IMG/VR virus record: IMGVR_UViG_3300021400_000397
Strand: one strand, 5' to 3'
From: an uncultured virus (IMG/VR IMGVR_UViG_3300021400_000397)
Taxonomy: Duplodnaviria; Heunggongvirae; Uroviricota; Caudoviricetes
DNA length: 20,000 nt
Shown: positions 7,057 to 14,108 of the stretch, one piece after another
Layout: every line of letters starts with the position of its first letter
How positions within the stretch are numbered: the first letter of the stretch is position 1
Translations under genes and position numbers: made by a program
Notes under the pieces: generated by a model
What the model saw: only the letters and a program-made list of their open reading frames with translations
The model's database searches: none
What the model was told of the DNA's origin: nothing

Positions 7057-9412
7057 AGGCGTGCGCCTGTGCCGTCGGGGTGTCGTCCCTCCTGAGGAAG
7101 TCGTAGGCTATCCGCCACACGCGCCCCTCCTCGGAGTACTCCAGGTTGTAGGCGTCCTTCGAGAGCATCGTCTTGAGCGCGACGCCGAGGTCCTGCCTGT
7201 TGAACTCCCGCTGCAGGGTGGGGTCGATGGACGTCAGCCACCGGTACAGCGAGTTGAGCGTCCCCTCGAACGCCCACTCCCCGTCGCCCGCCTCCTGGAC
7301 GGCCCTCGCCTGGCCCACCCGGTCGAATATGGCCTCCAGGATGACCGGGGTCGTCCCGTTCTCCAGGGACGCCCTCCTCAGCTCGGGGTGCTGCCACGCC
7401 TTCACGCCGAAGCGCCCGTCGCGGATGTCCCCCGGGATCGAGTAGTTCCTCAGGAACCACGCGAAGTGCGGCAGCTCCTCGTGGAGCCACCTCAGGTTCT
7501 CCGCCCAGTGCGGGGCCGGGGAGAACTCGAACTGCGCGTCCGAGAGCTTCAGCATCATGAACTTGTCCTCGGTGGACTGCTCGAGCGACGGTATGACGCT
7601 GAGCGACTGCGGGTCCAGGTTCGACAGGATCACGACGCGGCCGTGCCACGGGAGCGCGTTCACCGCCGAGCCGAACTTCGCCTCGTAGCGTATGGTCTGC
7701 AGCGACACCGCCTGCTTGAGCCGCTCGGTGAACCCCTTGAAGCCCTGCTTCGTCAGCGTGCCGAGGCAGTCGTCCACGTAGTGGACGGGGGACTCGGCGA
7801 GCTCCGACGTGAAGCGGTTGTTGTTGATGTAGTAGGCCTTGCCGTCGTCCGCCTTGCCCATCAGCCCGGCGAGGAGGAACGCCGTGAAGAAGGACTTGCC
7901 CCTCCCCGCGGCCCCGGCCATGACCAGGGCCTGCCCGGTGCCCTTGTTCCTCTTGGTCGACGAGTTGTAGAAGTGCGCCAGCCAGCCGAGGAGGTACGGG
8001 AGCTGCCCGTCGGCCACGCTCCACGCCTTCTCCGGCGGGGCGCCGTCCGCCGTCCAGTTCCTGTAGGTCTTCGCCCCCTTCGCGAAGTAGCACGTCAGCA
8101 GCCTGTGGATGTGCGGGAAGTCCCTGACCGCGAAGTAGTTGTCCCACTCGGCCCGCAGGGGGTCCTCCCTGTACGCCTCCGGCAGCCCGGGCCTCGCCTT
8201 CACCTCCTCCGGCGCGACGGGCGTCGGGTGGGCCGGCGCCACCATCGTCACGGTGGAGATGTTCAGCACGTCCCCGCTGAGGGCCTCGGAGTAGATGCGG
8301 CCGGCGGGCTCATACAGGAGCGGGGCCACGTACTGGACGGAGTTCCTCGTCTGTATCTCCTTGATGTACCGCCCGACCTCGCTCATCTCCTCGCCGCGCG
8401 GCACCTTGTCGGAGCACCCGGCCTCCACCACCATGTCGGACCGGAGGTTCTTCTCGCTCCTCGGCTCGAAGTGCGGGCGCTCGCGGTCGCGCAGGAACCG
8501 CCAGTACACGTCCTTGGACGGCAGCCACATCGTGTCCTCCAGGAACGGGGCCATCGACTTGGCCGTGTACTGCTCGCAGAACTCCGCCCCGAGGAGCGAC
8601 TTCCACGAGCGGAAGCCGTTGTCGTGCGGGGTGTAGACCCTGACGCCGCCCTGCGTGAACTGCGCGCCCGACTGGTTGTCGGCGTCCGGGTCCCAGAAGC
8701 GGACGCACCTCGTCCCGATCCTTATCTCCTTCGGGAGCGGGTGTGGCCACTCCCGGTGGCGGAGCTCCTCGACCGCCGTCTCGAACGGCACGTCGACGCG
8801 CTCCCCCGTCATCCTGGCGCATTCCTTCTCGAACAGCTTCGAGTCCCACAGTATCACCTCGTCGGCCGGCAGCCTCGCCTCCTCGGAGAACGGGTGCCAC
8901 TCGCGCCCGATGTCTATGACCTGCGTGGGCTTCTCGGAGGACTTGTCGTACCCCGCGCCCCACAGCGCCACCTTCATCTTCGCGGCCATGAACGCCATGA
9001 GCGCCGCCGCGTGCGTGTTGTTGAGGACGCTCACGGGCCGGTCCAGGAGCCAGTAGAGGTGGAGCTTCCCGCCGTGCGAGAGGCTCCACCACGCCGGCAG
9101 GTACCTGCTCGGCGGCTTCTTCCTGAACGCCGCCATCTGGTCGGCGCCGATCGGCGAGTCGTAGTCCGCGGCGAAGCCGTGGATCACGGCCGCCGGGTTG
9201 GCCACGGAGACGCACCTCGTGGGGTCGCGCCCCTCCACGAGGAGCAGGAGCCAGTGGTGCGTCGCCGGGTCCCTCCACCGCCTCTTGTAGTCGGTGGTGG
9301 AGAGGCGCTTGACGTCCTCGGGGACCTTTATGTCCCACGGCCTGTCGACGACCTCGACCTCGTCGGTCGCGAGATTGGGCAGGGAGAAGAAGTGGACCTT
9401 GCCCGCGTTCAT
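7055..9412 (-). CDS. Primase-helicase: N-terminal AEP/prim-pol-like domain plus C-terminal SF3/DUF5906-like P-loop NTPase, 785 aa
   Basis: AEP-like GFAADYD and SHGGKLHLYW; Walker A GAAGRGKS, Walker B HYVDD, motif C VVILSN. ATGA-coupled start at 9412. Confidence 0.8.
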   Translation of the reverse strand: MNAGKVHFFSLPNLATDEVEVVDRPWDIKVPEDVKRLSTTDYKRRWRDPATHHWLLLLVEGRDPTRCVSVANPAAVIHGFAADYDSPIGADQMAAFRKKPPSRYLPAWWSLSHGGKLHLYWLLDRPVSVLNNTHAAALMAFMAAKMKVALWGAGYDKSSEKPTQVIDIGREWHPFSEEARLPADEVILWDSKLFEKECARMTGERVDVPFETAVEELRHREWPHPLPKEIRIGTRCVRFWDPDADNQSGAQFTQGGVRVYTPHDNGFRSWKSLLGAEFCEQYTAKSMAPFLEDTMWLPSKDVYWRFLRDRERPHFEPRSEKNLRSDMVVEAGCSDKVPRGEEMSEVGRYIKEIQTRNSVQYVAPLLYEPAGRIYSEALSGDVLNISTVTMVAPAHPTPVAPEEVKARPGLPEAYREDPLRAEWDNYFAVRDFPHIHRLLTCYFAKGAKTYRNWTADGAPPEKAWSVADGQLPYLLGWLAHFYNSSTKRNKGTGQALVMAGAAGRGKSFFTAFLLAGLMGKADDGKAYYINNNRFTSELAESPVHYVDDCLGTLTKQGFKGFTERLKQAVSLQTIRYEAKFGSAVNALPWHGRVVILSNLDPQSLSVIPSLEQSTEDKFMMLKLSDAQFEFSPAPHWAENLRWLHEELPHFAWFLRNYSIPGDIRDGRFGVKAWQHPELRRASLENGTTPVILEAIFDRVGQARAVQEAGDGEWAFEGTLNSLYRWLTSIDPTLQREFNRQDLGVALKTMLSKDAYNLEYSEEGRVWRIAYDFLRRDDTPTAQAHA

Positions 9413-9708
9413 TCCAGTCCCTCCCAGGGCGTCAGCCCGAGCTCGCGCTTCGTCTTCCCGTTCATGCGCCCGAGCTTCGGCGACATCGGCGAAAGCAAGT
9501 CCCCAATCGTGCCGAACACCCCGTACTCGGGATGGGACTGGTCGACGGCGCAGGCGAGGTCGCGGAGCGCCGGGCCTATGATGAGCGAGCGCAGGCGGTG
9601 GCTCCCGTACGCGCCCTTCACCAGCTCGTCGACGCGCTGCAGGTAGGCGTAGGCCAGCCTCAGCCTTCTGTACACGGCCCGCCTCTGCTTGTCGCACAGT
9701 ATTTTCAC
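9409..9708 (-). CDS. Hypothetical protein, 99 aa
   Basis: GTG start overlapping the upstream TGA; RBS AAGGAGG. Confidence 0.6.
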   Translation of the reverse strand: MKILCDKQRRAVYRRLRLAYAYLQRVDELVKGAYGSHRLRSLIIGPALRDLACAVDQSHPEYGVFGTIGDLLSPMSPKLGRMNGKTKRELGLTPWEGLE

Positions 9709-10052
9709 GATTCGCCCTCCTTCCGCTTGCCCGCGGCCGCCTCGGCCTCCTCCCTGGTCAGGTACCACCGCATGCCGTCGCACCCCGGGTAGTTGGCCAG
9801 CCCGGCGTTCTCGACGGAATGGTCGGAGAACAGGGCCAGCGCGAGCATCGACGGGCCCGCATCCATGACGAGGCCGTGCCGGTATTCGTGGCAGTCGATG
9901 AACCGCGACGTCCTGCTGACCACGAAGAACTTGGTCCCCTCCGGCAGGACGGTCTCCTCGGGGACATTTATGGTCTTGTCCTTTATCCGGTCGTTGAGCC
10001 AGTGAAGCTGCTTCGGGCTCAGCGACCCCAGTTTGTCGTAGGTTTCCTTCAT
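9705..10052 (-). CDS. Hypothetical protein, 115 aa
   Basis: ORF from the track; AAAGGA upstream; fills the gap after the polymerase. Confidence 0.65.
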   Translation of the reverse strand: MKETYDKLGSLSPKQLHWLNDRIKDKTINVPEETVLPEGTKFFVVSRTSRFIDCHEYRHGLVMDAGPSMLALALFSDHSVENAGLANYPGCDGMRWYLTREEAEAAAGKRKEGES

Positions 10053-10070
10053 GACACTTGGTGTCCTTTC

Positions 10071-12299
10071 TTACTTGTGGTATCTTTCGCAGATGTCTCC
10101 CTCGACCTCGAGCATGAGGCCCTCGGTCCACTCGCGTATCCTGTCCCCCTTCGTCATGATGCGGGGTATCTCGGCCTGCGCCTCCTCCGATTCCTCTTCG
10201 GGAATGGAGAATATGCACTCGTCGTACACGTTGAAGACGTACTTCCACGAGGGGTGCGTGTCCGCGATCTCCACGATGGCGTTCATCAGGATGTCCCTGC
10301 AGCACGCCTGCGTGAGGTTCTCCGCGAGCGACCCACCCGTGAAGTAGTTCATCGGCCCGCCGCGGACGACCTGGGCGGCGATGGCCACCCTGTAGTCCTG
10401 CCTCTCCTTCCCGTCGTCGTCCACGATGGTCGTGGGCTCCTTGACGAACTGCGGGTTGTAGTACGTCTTCACGCGGCCCGACGGCATCCTGAACGAGACG
10501 GTGGGCTTGCCCTCCATGGCGCGCTCCTTGAACCTCTGGGCGAGCTCCGCCCAGAAGTCGACCGTCTTCCGGTTGGCCCTGCGCCAGTCCTCGACGATCC
10601 TCTTCGCCGTGAGGAGCTGGCCGACGCGCCTTACGTTGTCGCCCTTGTAGAAGTCGCCCTTCACGTGCGCGACGTTGCGGAGCATGAACCGCAGCCTCCT
10701 GTCGCCCGGGGTGAACGCGACGCACGGGTGCCCGTCCCTGTCGACGGGGTCGCCGATCGGCTCGCACGGGACGCCCCCGACGATGTCCGGCCACTGGTCC
10801 ACCGGCAGCGGGTCCAGGTCGAGCCCCGCCGTCTTGCAGGTGTCCAGGAACTTCGGCCAGGACATTCCGTAGCCGAGGCCCAACTCGCACTGCTTCGCCT
10901 TGAGGTACAGCCCCGGGTTCGTCTTCTTGATGTGCGAGTGCGGCTCGCACCAGCCCATCTCGACGGCGGACGCCTCGTAGAGGTTGCCCTCGCGCTTCAC
11001 GCCCTCCAGCATCTTCTGGTCGTCGACGGCCCACAGGACGAACCTGCGCTCGATCTGCGAGTAGTCGTAGACCGCGAACTTCCGCCCAGGCCCCGCCATG
11101 TAGCACTCGCGTATCTTCACGCCCTCGCCCCCGAACACGTGCTCGTCGCCCGCCATCACGGGCTTGCGCGGCAGGTTCAGGAGGTTCAGGTTGCCGCCCG
11201 ACTCCGACCTGCCGGAGAACCGGCCCGTGTGCGCGCCGAAGTACAGGAACGCTATGTGCGACCTGCCGTCCTGGTCCGCCGTCTCGATCATGGTGTTCAG
11301 GCGGGCGATGCACATCTGTATCGAGATGGCCTGCTGCCGCGCCTTTATGAACGGCACGTTCCCGTTCCTGTCCACCCACCTCAGGAACCCGGGGTCGTCC
11401 TTCTTGAACGACTTCGGGCACGTGAGGCCCATCGCGAGGACGGCCTGCTTCAGCGCCGGGAGCGACCCGGCGGACTTCTCGGGGTACCACGGTATGTCGC
11501 AGAGGACCACGGAGAGGTAGCTCTCCAGCTCCTTCTTCGCCTTCTTCGCGTACTCCACGTCCATGAGGATGCCGCGCATCGTCGAGAGCCTGTTCAGCTC
11601 CGAGACGCGGCGCTCCACGTAGGGCCAGTCCTTCGAGTACTTCAGCCACAGGTCGTGGCACTCGACGGCGTCGCTGCCGCCGTACTCCACGAGGTCGCGG
11701 CGTTCCTTCTCGTCCAGCTCCCAGTCGTGGTGTCCGTCCATCGCGGCGCGGACCTCCTTCGAGATGTCCTTGCCGAACAGCTCCTTCATGGCGCCCTTCA
11801 GGTTGCGGGGCGCGGCGAGGTACGCCGACATGTCCGCCGTGCACGCCCACCGCTGCTCCCCCATGAACGCCGGGATCTTCCCGCGCTTCGCGAGCTCCAC
11901 GGTCACGACCTGGTCGAAGCTCGCGTTGTGCGCGAGGCAGAGCCTGCCCTTCAGCTCCTCCCAGTCGTCGAAGTTCTCCGGCCGCCCGACGTACAGCTGG
12001 CGTCCGTCGGGGAGCTGCCTGTACAGCGACCCGTCCTTCCGCCGGAACGTGTACGACCCGTCGGCGTCCGCCTTGTCCACGAGGTCGAACTTGCCGTCGT
12101 CCGTTATGCCCCAGCCGCATATCGCGACGAGGTACGCGTCGAACCTCGGGTCGGCGCAGTACTGCCACGTGGGCATCTTTGCAAGCGAGTACGCCCTGGA
12201 CTTCGTCTTGTCCTCGTAGTACGTCTCGTAGTCGATGGCGACCGCGGAGGCGTCGGCCTCCAGCCGCCCCGCCTTCGCTGGCATCACTCCCTCACCCAT
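10071..12299 (-). CDS. Family A DNA polymerase with 3'-5' exonuclease and no 5' nuclease domain (alternative start 12284)
   Basis: ExoI IDYET, ExoII AHNASFD, ExoIII YGGSD; HTGRFSG; motif A DYSQIE; motif B AKQCELGLGYGMS; ENLTQA; motif C VYDE. Confidence 0.95.
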   Translation of the reverse strand: MGEGVMPAKAGRLEADASAVAIDYETYYEDKTKSRAYSLAKMPTWQYCADPRFDAYLVAICGWGITDDGKFDLVDKADADGSYTFRRKDGSLYRQLPDGRQLYVGRPENFDDWEELKGRLCLAHNASFDQVVTVELAKRGKIPAFMGEQRWACTADMSAYLAAPRNLKGAMKELFGKDISKEVRAAMDGHHDWELDEKERRDLVEYGGSDAVECHDLWLKYSKDWPYVERRVSELNRLSTMRGILMDVEYAKKAKKELESYLSVVLCDIPWYPEKSAGSLPALKQAVLAMGLTCPKSFKKDDPGFLRWVDRNGNVPFIKARQQAISIQMCIARLNTMIETADQDGRSHIAFLYFGAHTGRFSGRSESGGNLNLLNLPRKPVMAGDEHVFGGEGVKIRECYMAGPGRKFAVYDYSQIERRFVLWAVDDQKMLEGVKREGNLYEASAVEMGWCEPHSHIKKTNPGLYLKAKQCELGLGYGMSWPKFLDTCKTAGLDLDPLPVDQWPDIVGGVPCEPIGDPVDRDGHPCVAFTPGDRRLRFMLRNVAHVKGDFYKGDNVRRVGQLLTAKRIVEDWRRANRKTVDFWAELAQRFKERAMEGKPTVSFRMPSGRVKTYYNPQFVKEPTTIVDDDGKERQDYRVAIAAQVVRGGPMNYFTGGSLAENLTQACCRDILMNAIVEIADTHPSWKYVFNVYDECIFSIPEEESEEAQAEIPRIMTKGDRIREWTEGLMLEVEGDICERYHK

Positions 12300-12771
12300 G
12301 TCTTGTGTCCTTTCTCGGGCGTCCGCGCCCGTAGTTTACGTCTTCCGGCACGCCGCCCTTCACGAGCACGTACGCCTTGCGTGCGAGCGCCGCGCAGCGC
12401 GCCACGCACGACCTCAGGTACCGCCTCTCGGCCTTCCACGAGGCCCGGCGGTACTGCATCTGCGCCATCTTCCTGCGCACCGCCATGAACGCCCGCCTCG
12501 CGCTGACCGCCTCCCTGCCGTCCGGGTCGTGCCTGGACAGCGCGTCCCACAGGAGCCTCTCCGTGAACAGCGCGAGGGCCTTCAGCCCGTACAGGGGCCG
12601 CCTCGCCCTCGCCTCCGCGTCCAGGTACCAGGCCGCCGGGTGCGCGAGCCTCCGCCTGGCGGGCGCCACCGCCCTCCACCGCTGCAGGTCGTCGGCCCAC
12701 CGCCTCTGCATTCCGTCGCCGGCGCCGAACACGTAGACCACGAGCCCCCTGTCTGTCTTGACCTTCTTCAT
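12292..12771 (-). CDS. Arg-rich basic protein with C-terminal AT-hook-like motif, 159 aa
   Basis: GRGRPRK near the C-terminus; first gene after promoter copy 2. Confidence 0.6.
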   Translation of the reverse strand: MKKVKTDRGLVVYVFGAGDGMQRRWADDLQRWRAVAPARRRLAHPAAWYLDAEARARRPLYGLKALALFTERLLWDALSRHDPDGREAVSARRAFMAVRRKMAQMQYRRASWKAERRYLRSCVARCAALARKAYVLVKGGVPEDVNYGRGRPRKDTRHG

Positions 12772-12784
12772 GTTGTCGTCCGAT

Positions 12785-12814
12785 AGTATATCACAACGCC
12801 GCCCTCGGCGTCAA
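12785..12814 (-). promoter_or_regulatory. sigma70-type promoter, copy 2
   Basis: TTGACG-N18-TATACT with extended -10 (TGTGA), immediately after a terminator. Confidence 0.8.
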
Positions 12815-12819
12815 CGGGT

Positions 12820-12856
12820 AAAATAAAAAAGCCGCGTGCGCATGTGCGCACGCGGC
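12820..12856 (-). terminator. Rho-independent terminator
   Basis: 12-bp perfect inverted repeat GCCGCGTGCGCA/TGCGCACGCGGC followed by TTTTTTATTTT. Confidence 0.9.
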
Positions 12857-12860
12857 CCGT

Positions 12861-12887
12861 GGACGTCCGCGGATGTCCGCGGATGTC
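12861..12887. repeat. 10-bp tandem repeat GGAYGTCCGC, ~2.7 copies
   Basis: ggacgtccgc ggatgtccgc ggatgtc, between the SSB-like stop codon and the terminator. Confidence 0.7.
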
Positions 12888-13830
12888 ACAGCTCGCCGTC
12901 CTGGCCGGCGGACGCGACCTCCTCGTCGGTGGCCCGGGACGTCTTCGAGAGCGCGCAGAACGCCACGAGGTCCCTCGTCTCCTCCTCGTCCGGGCGGTAG
13001 AGCTTGCCGTCCTCGCCGAGCGCGGCCTCCACCGTGGGGGTCCAGATGTAGCCCTTCTGCCCGGTCGGGCGCGTGAACTCCGCGCCCTGCGTGAAGAACG
13101 ACACGACCTGGCCGAGGGGCGACCACGTCCACCCCTGCTCGCCGCGGTGCTTGAGCTCCTCGCGGACCTTGATGTTGTTGAAGAACTGGCGCACCTTTAT
13201 GGTGTCGAACTTCTTGAACAGCACCCTGGCCGGGGTGTAGAGGTGCGCGCCGACCTTGACGAGGTCGACCTCGCCCTGGAAGTCGTCCGGCACCTGCACG
13301 AGCATCTCGAGGTAGAGGCACTGCGCGATGTAGTGCTGCGGGATCGGGTTCATCGCCCTCGAGTAGTCCTCGAAGCGGTAGAACTTGACCTCGCCCTTCG
13401 TCTCCTCGAGCGCCGCCTCCCTGCACTCGTCCACGTTCTGCAGGATGACGTCGGACCCCGCGCTCCTCGGGCGGCCGACCACCCACGTGCGCGGGAGTAT
13501 GCCGGACCCCATCGGGCACCCCTCGAGGTAGCCCGGCTTGCCGTCCACGACGAACGCGCGCACCGCGTTCTTCTTGCCGCTGCCGGTGAGCCTCCACGCC
13601 GAGTTCTTCCCGGTCTTCAGGACCAGGTCGCCCTCCTTGCACTCCTGCGCGCACTCCTGCGGCACGGAGCTCACCGAGTAGAACGGCGACAGCGTGGCGA
13701 ACCGCACGCTGATCCCCTTCACCTCGGCGCCGGTGCTCACCGCCGTCGTGCCCTGCACCGCGACCGCGGTGGCGCTGTCTTCCTTGCTGCCGGCGGCCTC
13801 GACATCGACCGTCTCGAACTTCTTTGCCAT
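12886..13830 (-). CDS. Probable single-stranded DNA-binding/annealing protein, 314 aa
   Basis: Lies between the Cas4-like nuclease and PolA; beta-rich core with aromatic residues; acidic C-terminal tail (TDEEVASAGQDGEL). The function is inferred from context only. Confidence 0.5.
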   Translation of the reverse strand: MAKKFETVDVEAAGSKEDSATAVAVQGTTAVSTGAEVKGISVRFATLSPFYSVSSVPQECAQECKEGDLVLKTGKNSAWRLTGSGKKNAVRAFVVDGKPGYLEGCPMGSGILPRTWVVGRPRSAGSDVILQNVDECREAALEETKGEVKFYRFEDYSRAMNPIPQHYIAQCLYLEMLVQVPDDFQGEVDLVKVGAHLYTPARVLFKKFDTIKVRQFFNNIKVREELKHRGEQGWTWSPLGQVVSFFTQGAEFTRPTGQKGYIWTPTVEAALGEDGKLYRPDEEETRDLVAFCALSKTSRATDEEVASAGQDGEL

Positions 13831-13871
13831 TTCTGTTTTCCTTTTTCCTGTTTTCTTGTTTTCCTGTATAG

Positions 13872-13896
13872 CCCCCGGGGCACCGTGCCCCGGGGG
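13872..13896. promoter_or_regulatory. GC-rich inverted repeat upstream of the SSB-like gene
   Basis: CCCCCGGGGCAC-c-GTGCCCCGGGGG: 12-bp perfect arms, with no U-tract on the coding strand. Confidence 0.6.
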
Positions 13897-13906
13897 ACAC
13901 TTGTGC

Positions 13907-14107
13907 CTACTCCCGCCTGGCCCCGTAGGGCGTCAGCATCGCCCGGCATTTCGGGCAGCGCTTGCCGCTCCCGGCGAAGGACCACGCGTACACCAGTATG
14001 CGCTTCTCCCCGCAGAACGGGCAGTCGACGAAGAACGACGACCTGCCCATCTCGCTTCGGTACCCGTACTGCTCGATCGGGCGGACCTCTTCCTGCTTCT
14101 CCGGCAT
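13907..14107 (-). CDS. Small zinc-ribbon protein, 66 aa
   Basis: CPFC...CPKC. Confidence 0.7.
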   Translation of the reverse strand: MPEKQEEVRPIEQYGYRSEMGRSSFFVDCPFCGEKRILVYAWSFAGSGKRCPKCRAMLTPYGARRE

Positions 14108-14108
14108 G

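Noticed and set aside
9409..12168. 919-aa same-strand alternative-frame ORF across PolA
   Set aside because: Its codons start at PolA third positions, where T is rare, so stops are depleted. The translation is low-complexity R/G/A/P; only the last 99 codons (9409-9708) look like a gene.
10071..12299. Intein or intron in PolA
   Set aside because: The insertions are short, lack C/S...HN splice termini and homing-endonuclease motifs, and the frame is continuous.
10061..12315. 11-bp repeat GTGTCCTTTCT flanking PolA (10061-10071 and 12305-12315)
   Set aside because: It is short, and both copies coincide with AAAGGA ribosome-binding regions, which is enough to explain it.
7061..12488. Very long plus-strand ORFs (861 aa, 889 aa; also 4681-6483 and 12844-14409)
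   Set aside because: They are antisense shadows of minus-strand genes with strong GC codon bias. They have R/V/L/P-rich composition and no recognisable motifs.
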